Source: a virus
Virus record (IMG/VR): IMGVR_UViG_3300031999_001882
Span: 32,001-96,000 of that record
Length of the DNA: 64,000 nucleotides
Reading direction: 5' to 3' (one strand)
Position 1 is the first letter of the stretch. The number at the start of each line of letters is the position of its first letter. Of this stretch, positions 8,720-16,797 are shown piece by piece. The notes beneath the pieces are model-generated. The model saw only the letters and a program-made list of their open reading frames with translations, did not search any database and was not told the DNA's origin. The position numbers and the translations under genes are program-made.

Positions 8720-9389
8720 CATCGTCAAGATCGGTGACCGCTATGGTCGCTTAACAGTCTTGTCCTTCTATGGGAAAGACGCTCATGGCAATCGCTCATG
8801 GAGGTGTCTCTGTCAATGCGGAAATCAATGGATCGTAAGTCAGGGAAATATCCGATCAGGAAAAGCGCAGTCCTGCGGATGCTATCGCAGAGAAAAAACT
8901 GCCAAGAAAAATAGGACTCATGGGTGTGCTGGGCGGGGGAAACCAACTCCTGAATATCGCGCATGGCACGGAATGATGCAACGATGCTATTACAAAAAAT
9001 CAGTAAGCTATCGCCGATATGGGGCCAAAGGAATCAAGGTTCATCCATGCTGGCATGATTTCGTCGGATTTCTGTCTTATCTACAAAAATCAATAGGCCG
9101 CCGCCCAAATAACAGCATGACCTTAGATCGAATCAATAATCGCCAAGGATATGAGCCGGGGAACATTCGCTGGGCCAGCCGTCATCTGCAACGGATCAAT
9201 CAGTCAGCTCATCGTCTAAGAAAAATAACCTACAAAGGCAAGGCGTTGATACTCAAGGATTGGGCTTTGAAGCTTGGAATAAATTATAGTAGCCTCTATT
9301 CTCGACTGTCGCGTGGCTGGTCAGTCAAAGATGCCTTTTCTTTTCCGAAGCTCCATCCTCACGAATTTGTCTATTGGAAGGCCAAATGA
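8712..9389 (+). CDS. HNH homing endonuclease
   Basis: RYGRLTV, C.C.CG, SCGC, TLDRINN..GYEPGNIRWA. Confidence 0.88.
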   Translation: MRSIVKIGDRYGRLTVLSFYGKDAHGNRSWRCLCQCGNQWIVSQGNIRSGKAQSCGCYRREKTAKKNRTHGCAGRGKPTPEYRAWHGMMQRCYYKKSVSYRRYGAKGIKVHPCWHDFVGFLSYLQKSIGRRPNNSMTLDRINNRQGYEPGNIRWASRHLQRINQSAHRLRKITYKGKALILKDWALKLGINYSSLYSRLSRGWSVKDAFSFPKLHPHEFVYWKAK

Positions 9390-9616
9390 CCCGCAAATGC
9401 TGTGGCCGGAAGCGGTGTCCCGGCAATCTCAAGTTCGGCAATACCAAGTGCCCTAAGTGCGGTCATTGGTGGCTTCGAGATTCTGTCGTGGGCGGATGCC
9501 CGATGTGCCATAACCAGAGAAGCCAAGTTATGACCGAGATGGGATTCCAACACGTTCACACCCGCGCCGACGGCGCATGGATTTATGCAATCACAACGAC
9601 AACCGAATCCCGATAA
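9386..9616 (+). CDS. Small Cys-rich zinc-finger protein
   Basis: ATGA overlap with HNH stop; CPKC and CPMC. Confidence 0.6.
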   Translation: MTRKCCGRKRCPGNLKFGNTKCPKCGHWWLRDSVVGGCPMCHNQRSQVMTEMGFQHVHTRADGAWIYAITTTTESR

Positions 9617-9626
9617 GGAGAACAAA

Positions 9627-9845
9627 ATGTTTAAGATGACGTATCTCCGCATTGCCTCTCACAAAAATTTCAGGACCAACGCTATCGACACTCAGCGTTT
9701 TGGAGCTGAAATCGACATTGACGTAGAAGGACTGGACAAAGTTGCCAAGCTCACGAAGATGCAGGCCGCCGCTTACGACCTGTCCTGCGCTGGAAGTATG
9801 ATGCTCAAAGAAATGCTCTTGGCCGAGGAAAGCAACCAGCGATGA
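9627..9845 (+). CDS. Hypothetical protein (72 aa)
   Basis: AAGGAG RBS before ATG 9627; ATGA overlap with next gene. Confidence 0.7.
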   Translation: MFKMTYLRIASHKNFRTNAIDTQRFGAEIDIDVEGLDKVAKLTKMQAAAYDLSCAGSMMLKEMLLAEESNQR

Positions 9846-10642
9846 GCGATTACTCCAAAATTCTTTCCGTCGAGAAAACGATCATCATGCGGCAATGCCG
9901 GGAATGCTCCAAGCGCGGCGATCTCATTCGAGACTGCGCCAAAAATTGCTACGAGCATTACGCCTCCTACGTTCATATGGCCTATGCCAACATCCATCGT
10001 GAACTGTGGGATTTGGAGCTGAGCGACTTTAATACCGGGAGCAAGCACGCTGACGAAAGCAAGGCTCGCGGCGAAGTGCTCAAGACTGTTCAGCTCTATG
10101 TGGATCATCTCAACAACGCCTACGAAAGAGGGCTGGGTCTGGTTTTGTACGGCCCGCACGGAACAGGCAAAAGTATGCTCATGGCCTGCATCATCAAAGC
10201 GGCGCTGAAATCGGGCAAGAAAGCCATCATAAGGGATTTCGCAGACATCGTAAACATCATCCGCAAAGGCTATCGCATTGACGAGGAAGCGGTCGATCTG
10301 GACCGGGAGTTCGAGGACACGGACTTCTACTGCGTGGAAAACTTCGGGATCAATCAATTCCTTCAAGCTGTCGATAAAAACGCCGTGCCAACCACATTCC
10401 GAGGCCCGGACTATATCACCCGCGAAATTGCCCGACTGTTCGATAAGCGCCGCCGCATCATGCTTCCCTCGCTCATCACAACCTACTTCAATCTTGATGT
10501 TCTAGCCAAGGCGCAGGATGATGAAGGCCGTCAGCTTTTGAGCACGTTCTACGGCAAGAGCGAGAACCTTTTTGTTCCCGGCGATGACTACCGAAAAAGC
10601 GTTATGAAGCATTCTTGGAAAAAAAACCTCGTCGCTAAATGA
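9842..10642 (+). CDS. DnaC/IstB-like AAA+ ATPase (divergent)
   Basis: GLVLYGPHGTGKS Walker A; DnaC-like layout (R...LP.LITT; C-terminal G.DYR). Confidence 0.75.
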   Translation: MSDYSKILSVEKTIIMRQCRECSKRGDLIRDCAKNCYEHYASYVHMAYANIHRELWDLELSDFNTGSKHADESKARGEVLKTVQLYVDHLNNAYERGLGLVLYGPHGTGKSMLMACIIKAALKSGKKAIIRDFADIVNIIRKGYRIDEEAVDLDREFEDTDFYCVENFGINQFLQAVDKNAVPTTFRGPDYITREIARLFDKRRRIMLPSLITTYFNLDVLAKAQDDEGRQLLSTFYGKSENLFVPGDDYRKSVMKHSWKKNLVAK

Positions 10643-11040
10643 GAACGCCGCTCTGGAAGTCCATCAAGGATTTTCCCGGCTATTCCATCAGCAAATACGG
10701 CGAAGTCAGCAAAATCAAGCGAAGGTTTGGCGGCGGCATGAGCCGCCGTATTCTCAAACCCATTCCAGATCAGGGCTTTGTCCGGTACAGACTCTACCGT
10801 AAGGGGAAAGACCATTTTGTTTTTGCCAATAATCTCGTCGCCGAAGCTTATCTGCCGGAGCCACAGGACGAGCGCCGTTTGTTCAAAGTCGAGCACATTA
10901 ACGGGGATTTCAAAAACAACTTCTATCGCAATCTAAGGTATGTGTACGTCGGAGCAAGAGAGAAAGACGCGCAAGCCGTATGGATAGCCTTACAAAAAAA
11001 GCGCCTTGAGCGCGACTACCGCATCAAAATCGAAACGTGA
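10639..11040 (+). CDS. NUMOD4-HNH protein (possibly degenerate)
   Basis: WKSI..FPGYSIS..G.V, LVAEAYLP, HINGD..NN...NL. Confidence 0.8.
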   Translation: MRTPLWKSIKDFPGYSISKYGEVSKIKRRFGGGMSRRILKPIPDQGFVRYRLYRKGKDHFVFANNLVAEAYLPEPQDERRLFKVEHINGDFKNNFYRNLRYVYVGAREKDAQAVWIALQKKRLERDYRIKIET

Positions 11041-11053
11041 TCCACAATCCGTA

Positions 11054-11108
11054 CTGCCGCTTACCGTTCTCGTCGTATTTCACGACGGAGATCGACGGTA
11101 AGCGGCAG
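11054..11108. terminator. Long hairpin between convergent units (possible bidirectional terminator or processing site)
   Basis: Perfect 14-bp inverted repeat CTGCCGCTTACCGT/ACGGTAAGCGGCAG plus inner stems; no U-tract. Confidence 0.55.
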
Positions 11109-11124
11109 AGACGGCTAAACCAGC

Positions 11125-11568
11125 TTAACTTGGCTTCGCTGGGGTCGGTTCGATGTTCGACAGATCGCGGCTCAAAGTCATGGCCGCCGCCAGAACTGCC
11201 GCCGATACCATCACCCATTTTTCATTTACCCCGCCCTGTTGCAGAGCCAGAACGCCGTTATTGAGTTGTCCCATAATACCCATCCAGACTTCGGTGGATT
11301 GCCATGTCGGACGTGAACTCATGTCATCGGCCTTGTTTAATCCGCGCAGGACGTTGTAGACGGTCACCAGAGCGGTATTGATGAGCAAGGCATACTCTGG
11401 GGGCAGAAACCCCTGCACCGAAGCCGCCAGCGAACCGAGCGACCCGAACAACGTCACCCAGAACGAGACGGTTTTCCATCCACGCGCCACTCCCTTCAAC
11501 TCGCCAACCACTTCGGCGACGGGCTTTTGCACCTTCATTATCAGTTTGATCTTGTCAATTATGCTCAT
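11125..11568 (-). CDS. Putative holin (multi-TM membrane protein)
   Basis: Up to four hydrophobic segments, WKTVSFW motif, downstream of endolysin; AGGAGG RBS. Confidence 0.55.
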   Translation of the reverse strand: MSIIDKIKLIMKVQKPVAEVVGELKGVARGWKTVSFWVTLFGSLGSLAASVQGFLPPEYALLINTALVTVYNVLRGLNKADDMSSRPTWQSTEVWMGIMGQLNNGVLALQQGGVNEKWVMVSAAVLAAAMTLSRDLSNIEPTPAKPS

Positions 11569-11879
11569 GCCATCCTCCTTGGACTGTAGAGTATCCTGAT
11601 CCCTCGTATATAGTCATTTCGGCGAAAACGCAAGGAAATATCTGGACAAAAAAGCTCTCCGATCTTATACGGAGCCATGCCGCATAACTTGGCTCTCTCG
11701 TAAGCATTCAGCCAGACGTTTTTAACTTCGGTGTTGTGAAGCTGATCGGAGGTCTGTATTTCCCAGATCAACGATTCCCAAGCTTCTGGGTCCAACAAGA
11801 TAACTTCTGGCTTAACATTTGGCGGCAAGTTCCGAAGTTCATGCTCTATTAGAGATGCAACCAGCACGCGATTGTTCAT
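11565..11879 (-). CDS. Hypothetical protein (104 aa)
   Basis: Between endolysin and holin-like gene, ATGA overlap. Confidence 0.6.
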   Translation of the reverse strand: MNNRVLVASLIEHELRNLPPNVKPEVILLDPEAWESLIWEIQTSDQLHNTEVKNVWLNAYERAKLCGMAPYKIGELFCPDISLRFRRNDYIRGIRILYSPRRMA

Positions 11880-11888
11880 GGCCTTTTC

Positions 11889-12608
11889 TCATACGAGTGC
11901 GCTGTCCATCTTCTCACGGACCATCGCCAGCGCAGTAACCGTCTTATAGACATTGGTCGTCGCGGTGACATAGCTGGGGTCCGTAGCCCATTGAAACTTG
12001 CCGGACATCAGCCCTTGGAAGTATTTTTCTGGAACATTACGCCAGCTATAGGCCGCCGGATACATCTGCTGAATTTTGCTGGCATAAAAGACCAGCGCTT
12101 CATCAGTTGAATCCCAATCGGCGAACTTCCGGGTAACCGCAATGCGAATAAGGATAGTGTCTTTGGCGTTCTCGGCAATCTCAAACTTGGTTCCGGCAGG
12201 CCATTCCTTCTTGGCGGCTACCAGCGCATCATTGACGTTCATCCCTTTGAAGCGATAGAACTCATGGGTCTGAACATCTTTGACCATCCCGGTCCAGCCT
12301 TTTGGGAGCGTGATGCCAAAATAGTTGTTCAGGCCAACCATGTGCTTAAAGCCTCCCGTTTCATGCCACGCATGAGCCAACACAATATACGGATCAAACC
12401 CGCGCAGGCGAAGCACCGGAAGCGCGGTCACAAAGCGGTCGAGCGGCGTTGGAGCGCTAAGCGGTGGCGGCGGCGAGATCGGAGAGGGTGTCGGTAAAAC
12501 CGTCGGCGCAGGCGTAGGTGCTGGCTGAGGTGTCGGGACAGATGATGGTAAAGATTGGGGTGATCGTCGAAACAGATTTAGGATGGCTTGCAGGATTGCT
12601 TTGACCAT
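11889..12608 (-). CDS. Endolysin, GH73 glucosaminidase family
   Basis: HAWHETG (catalytic Glu), NNYFGI, WATDPSY; start reassigned to MVKAIL (GAGG RBS). Confidence 0.85.
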   Translation of the reverse strand: MVKAILQAILNLFRRSPQSLPSSVPTPQPAPTPAPTVLPTPSPISPPPPLSAPTPLDRFVTALPVLRLRGFDPYIVLAHAWHETGGFKHMVGLNNYFGITLPKGWTGMVKDVQTHEFYRFKGMNVNDALVAAKKEWPAGTKFEIAENAKDTILIRIAVTRKFADWDSTDEALVFYASKIQQMYPAAYSWRNVPEKYFQGLMSGKFQWATDPSYVTATTNVYKTVTALAMVREKMDSALV

Positions 12609-12711
12609 AGTATTTAACCTCTGAATAGCCGCATTCGCACAACAGGTCGTAACCAACCACAAAAGCGGGCCACTCTATTTTTGTCAGCTTGCTCTTGCAC
12701 AAAGGGCACAT
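12457..12711 (-). CDS. Possible small zinc-ribbon protein overlapping the endolysin 5' end
   Basis: CPLC...CECG in first 30 aa; the rest overlaps the Pro-rich endolysin linker in another frame. Confidence 0.3.
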   Translation of the reverse strand: MCPLCKSKLTKIEWPAFVVGYDLLCECGYSEVKYYGQSNPASHPKSVSTITPIFTIICPDTSASTYACADGFTDTLSDLAAATA

Positions 12712-12758
12712 GGTCCGCCCTAATTCTGTGGTCTGCCAGCTAAAGTTTCAACCAATTC

Positions 12759-14063
12759 TTATTCGTCAGCTCCGATCAAACCCAAGGCTCGGCCAAGCCA
12801 ATAGGCAACCAAGAAATCTCCGCCATTGTGGTAGGTATCTGGAATGGTGTTGCCCATCCAGTTATCTGCCGAGTAGAGACTTCGTTGCCAGATAAAATCC
12901 TGCGTGCCTGACATCCATCGAGGAAGCGGCTGGGAAGTCACCCATTGCCCGCCCCATTTCATCAGCCGAACCCCATACTGACTGAGCTGATCCCCCTTGT
13001 CGCTGTTCTTGGTTTCAAGATTCCCGGCCAGCTTTTTTTCGACGGTGAACTCCAACAGCGTTTTCTTGGCCTGACCAATTTCAGTCGCCGTCAAAGGGTT
13101 CTGCCGGGCGCTCAGGAACGCAATCCAAGAGTTGCCCGATTTGTGCTCGATAGCCCATGTCCGCAAAAGTCCCTTCTGATAAGAAGTCTTGAGCGATCCG
13201 TCATCTTCCAGATCAGCCAGAATGGAAAGGCAGATCGCGGCGCGGTGCGAGTCGTACTTTTTCTCAATGGTGACGAGCTTGGCTTTGGCATAAGCCGCCA
13301 GCCCTCCGGCGTTGTAGCTTCGCTCAATTTTCCGGTAGTGCTGTTCGTAAAGCGGCTCCCCGGTGATCTTGGAAGCCACTTTCAGGATGCAAAGACATAG
13401 CGCCAGCCGGAGCGGATCGGTAAGCAGGCCATTGATTAAGGCCCCGAACTCGGTTGGGTTACCGTTTGGCAGGACTAGCGCATAGTTGTGATTGATGAGT
13501 TCGTCGGCCACGCCGCGAGCCAAGATCGCGGCCTTCGCCTTTACGTCTGCATCACCATAAAGCCATGAGAAATAGATGCCGCAGATGTGCCCGGTCACGC
13601 CGTCATTGGACACATCATCGCGGACAAACAGCGTCCCGTCCGGGTTCTTCTTGGTTCCACGGATCACCCGGCGCACAGGCTCGCCGTGAGCCGTCTGGTG
13701 CAGGTCCATGCCTTTCATGGACAAGCGCAACCGCTCCAAGTCTGCCGGGGCATGGGTCACCGAATACTTGAGCGCCCACAGCGTCGTGTAAATGCCGTGC
13801 CAGATACATTGGTCGCCTTCGTCGTTGACCGCCGGATCGGTGGTGATCCGGTACTCCCACATCCCGCCATCAAAGGCCGAGAAACGAGCCACCATATCAT
13901 CCTCAAAGCGCTGAGCTTTGACCGAAAGCTTCTCCGGGTACTTGAGCGCGACTTGCCGGGTAAACTCCTCGAAAGGGTCCAGCTTGTTGGTGATCTGATC
14001 GGCCAGCTTGAGAGCGCCTACCTTGGCGAGATCAGCTAATTTTTGGAGAAACCATAGAGCCAT
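12759..14063 (-). CDS. Uncharacterised helical protein, probable (alpha/alpha)-toroid, glycosidase-like
   Basis: GD..IW.G.Y...YSVT, D.S.D...GH, G.PT.FG and FL.AYW.GR motifs recalled from a bacterial uncharacterised family; GAGGT RBS. Confidence 0.45.
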   Translation of the reverse strand: MALWFLQKLADLAKVGALKLADQITNKLDPFEEFTRQVALKYPEKLSVKAQRFEDDMVARFSAFDGGMWEYRITTDPAVNDEGDQCIWHGIYTTLWALKYSVTHAPADLERLRLSMKGMDLHQTAHGEPVRRVIRGTKKNPDGTLFVRDDVSNDGVTGHICGIYFSWLYGDADVKAKAAILARGVADELINHNYALVLPNGNPTEFGALINGLLTDPLRLALCLCILKVASKITGEPLYEQHYRKIERSYNAGGLAAYAKAKLVTIEKKYDSHRAAICLSILADLEDDGSLKTSYQKGLLRTWAIEHKSGNSWIAFLSARQNPLTATEIGQAKKTLLEFTVEKKLAGNLETKNSDKGDQLSQYGVRLMKWGGQWVTSQPLPRWMSGTQDFIWQRSLYSADNWMGNTIPDTYHNGGDFLVAYWLGRALGLIGADE

Positions 14064-14478
14064 TGTCCACCTCGTTTCGTTCCTGCAACTGCTTTATTGC
14101 TTCCGCGACCTTGGGCTGGTCAATTTTTCCGCTTGTAATCGCCGGGGCCGTGCCCTGAACCAACATCCGGTACGCTGACTTCGCCATCGCGTCCTTGGCG
14201 GCCTCTACCGGAGCTAAGTCAATCAGCGTATTGCGAACTTCTTGAATTGCCACCCCGACGTGCATGAGTCTCTGGGAATTTTCAAGTCCGATGACGGGCG
14301 ACCACGCCATCGAACAGTCAAACAGATCAATCTGCTTCTCGGATTGCGGGTCTTTTCCAACAACGTGCTTCCACCACACACATTTACCACGCTCACCCGT
14401 TATTTCGTCCTGCCCAAAATCCTTACGCCACCCATCAACACACGACATCCCATTCAACGGACAATGCGGTGGTCGCAT
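14032..14478 (-). CDS. Phage hypothetical protein downstream of fibre genes
   Basis: CPL..C.WW..V.GKDPQ...DC..AW.P motif; AGGAGG RBS. Confidence 0.65.
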   Translation of the reverse strand: MRPPHCPLNGMSCVDGWRKDFGQDEITGERGKCVWWKHVVGKDPQSEKQIDLFDCSMAWSPVIGLENSQRLMHVGVAIQEVRNTLIDLAPVEAAKDAMAKSAYRMLVQGTAPAITSGKIDQPKVAEAIKQLQERNEVDNGSMVSPKIS

Positions 14479-14504
14479 AAATACCTCCTATTCGGTTTTC
14501 AATT

Positions 14505-15767
14505 TCAGTTCTTTGAAGCGAAGATGATGTCACAGTATTGGAACACATAAGTTCCTAATGCTGACGACATTCCAGTATCGCTTTGATTGCCAGTGCCCGG
14601 AGAATCCGCACCAGAATTTGCTGTATCTGAGCCAGCCGTTAAGTAATAAGGAATAGGCGCGGCGACGGCGATTCCAGCAACCCCTTGCACCCAATAGTTG
14701 TAGCTACGAGTGACAAATCCGTGAGGCCAACTATTCGCCCCACCGTTGGTTGGAAAAAAAATCTGCGCCCCAGACAAGCCTTGAGCCGTTTCATGTTGAT
14801 GGCTAATCGTATGTGAGTGAGAATTAACCCCGTGTGTGTGATTATTCTCAGTGTGAGTATGAGAATTAACCGTATGGGTATGATTATTCCCAACGTGACC
14901 ATGAGAAAGGCTGATCCCGGCGCTTGGAGAAGATGATCCGCCTGTTCCGCCTCCTGCTCCACTAACAATCCTCAAATGTCTGTCATTAAGAGATACGACC
15001 TGCGTCCATCCAGAAGGAGGCGAAGCCATGTAAAACACCTGCACGGTTCCTGTCTGGTTGAATCCAATGCCGGACCCGGAGAATGAGGACAAGTTAATCC
15101 GGTCTTGCTTGACGGAGCCAGCCGTTAATCGCTGGCCGTTGATGTCGTAATCCACCGTTTTCTGACGGAATGGCACAGGAAATAAACCGACGACCATCAT
15201 GGCACTGTCAGCAAAATATGACCCGATCTGAACTTCGCCCGCAATCATCTTAAAGACGTTGATTTTCAGGTAAGTAGCGCTTGTCGAAACGATCTTGGTG
15301 ACATTTAGCGTCTGATAAACACCGCCGCCCGGATGATAAAGGCTGAACGATTCCGAAACGCCGTCGTCGATAGAAATACGAGTGGCGCTTGAAAGAGAGC
15401 TATAAATACGAGCAGACAAGGACAACGTAATACCCAGAAAGCTTTTATGGTCAAGCGTCTGATTCATCGCAAAAACAGCGTCGGCAGTTCCGGCGTTAGT
15501 CACGACAATCTTCATCGCGTAATTGCCTGTGTCGATCTGTGCGCCAAGATCACCTATGGCGGCGCGATTGATATTGACCTGCGGCAATGTTGAGCCTGTT
15601 TTAGCGACCAGCCATGAGTCCAGCGTCTCCGCGCCATTGGCGGGGTTGGTGTAGGTCGCTCCGCTATTAGCTTGATCGACCTCCATCCCTCCGTTCGAGA
15701 GGAGGTTTTCGTGTATACCGTAGCCTTTTACGCTACCGTTTGTCCCAACTTCCCATAAAAGTCCCAT
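14505..15767 (-). CDS. Tail fibre: CBM-like domain, collar-like segment and HxH-repeat tip
   Basis: NLL.NGGMEV.Q domain; F.MASPPSGW collar motif; repeated HTH/HSH. Confidence 0.75.
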   Translation of the reverse strand: MGLLWEVGTNGSVKGYGIHENLLSNGGMEVDQANSGATYTNPANGAETLDSWLVAKTGSTLPQVNINRAAIGDLGAQIDTGNYAMKIVVTNAGTADAVFAMNQTLDHKSFLGITLSLSARIYSSLSSATRISIDDGVSESFSLYHPGGGVYQTLNVTKIVSTSATYLKINVFKMIAGEVQIGSYFADSAMMVVGLFPVPFRQKTVDYDINGQRLTAGSVKQDRINLSSFSGSGIGFNQTGTVQVFYMASPPSGWTQVVSLNDRHLRIVSGAGGGTGGSSSPSAGISLSHGHVGNNHTHTVNSHTHTENNHTHGVNSHSHTISHQHETAQGLSGAQIFFPTNGGANSWPHGFVTRSYNYWVQGVAGIAVAAPIPYYLTAGSDTANSGADSPGTGNQSDTGMSSALGTYVFQYCDIIFASKN

Positions 15768-15790
15768 AGCTCGTTCTCCTTAATCAGTTT

Positions 15791-16198
15791 TCAGAATCCT
15801 TGCAAATTTAAGAACGGAACGCCCTGAATCGTGCATTCATCGACGAGAATTTCAGTCGCCAAAACCACCTGCGTCCCGGTATCTGTCAGCCCGCCAAAGT
15901 CCGTCAGACCGCGCATGGTCGCCACCGCCGCCACTTCTTCAACAGGCAAGGTCATCATCTTGAGGTAATGGAGATATTGCGACTTGGGGCCGCCCGCCAT
16001 CGGATATCCGGTGATGGTATGGCAGGTCTGGCATTCCACGGCGATCTGGGTATAGCTGGTGATTCCTCCTGCCGTCGCAAACGGAAGCGTTAAAACATCG
16101 ACGGCGGCGCTGATTCCGTCATTGTGCGAAACATCGACGGTATAGCCGCCAACGTCGGTCATATTATTCAAATAAACTGTTTGTGGTGGCATCTTCAT
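15791..16198 (-). CDS. Hypothetical protein (135 aa)
   Basis: AGGAGG RBS; in the fibre cluster. Confidence 0.7.
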   Translation of the reverse strand: MKMPPQTVYLNNMTDVGGYTVDVSHNDGISAAVDVLTLPFATAGGITSYTQIAVECQTCHTITGYPMAGGPKSQYLHYLKMMTLPVEEVAAVATMRGLTDFGGLTDTGTQVVLATEILVDECTIQGVPFLNLQGF

Positions 16199-16231
16199 GT
16201 CCTCCTGAAACGATTTTATCCGTGCCGCAAA

Positions 16232-16393
16232 CTATCCTTGGGAGGTGGCCGCCTTCCATTCTTCCTCTGTAATATATTGAATACTGGTGTCGCCGAGTTC
16301 AGCCAAAAGCGCCGCTACCGTATCTTGATCCATCCCGTCATACGACGAATAGCAATCTGAACCATTGCGTGTTGATTTCACCCAGATTTTCAT
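16232..16393 (-). CDS. Small protein (53 aa), possible fibre chaperone, not in ORF track
   Basis: TAATG overlap; MKIWVKSTRNG...YITEEEWKAATSQG*. Confidence 0.55.
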   Translation of the reverse strand: MKIWVKSTRNGSDCYSSYDGMDQDTVAALLAELGDTSIQYITEEEWKAATSQG

Positions 16394-16797
16394 TATCGTA
16401 TCCTTATCGCGCTGAGTTGTCCGGCTGTGTTAAAAGTTCCAGATACAAACGCCGCCACAAGATAAACCGTTGTTGTGTTGGCAAATTTAAGATTTCTGAA
16501 AACCCTGCCGCCGCCGGGGAACGCAGGGAGAGCTTGCGAGCTTCCGCCATCCGTAACTCCGGTAAAAGAAGCTGAGTTAAGCGAAATCGCCATCTGACTA
16601 CCTGCTACTACAGTTGCGCCGCATGAGAATCCGGCGTGAACAAACCAGTTTCCTGCCGTCAGAGAAATACTCCCAACATTTGATGCAGAAGATGAAACAG
16701 AAGCGCTCTGAAAGTTGCCCTCTATCGTCTCACCGACATCGCCTAGTTTTGCGCTATCGCTAACCGTCGTGCCTTTTGCTGGAATGTTAAAGCTCAT
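16393..16797 (-). CDS. Small beta-sandwich fibre-head protein
   Basis: ATGA overlap at 16794-16797; G.VGE.I, SISLTAG.W, TTVYLV...AIRIR. Confidence 0.65.
   Translation of the reverse strand: MSFNIPAKGTTVSDSAKLGDVGETIEGNFQSASVSSSASNVGSISLTAGNWFVHAGFSCGATVVAGSQMAISLNSASFTGVTDGGSSQALPAFPGGGRVFRNLKFANTTTVYLVAAFVSGTFNTAGQLSAIRIR

Noticed and set aside
12723-12751. Promoter TTGAAA-N17-CAGAAT before the lysis genes
   Set aside because: The -10 box lacks the first T and there is no second copy; too weak to call
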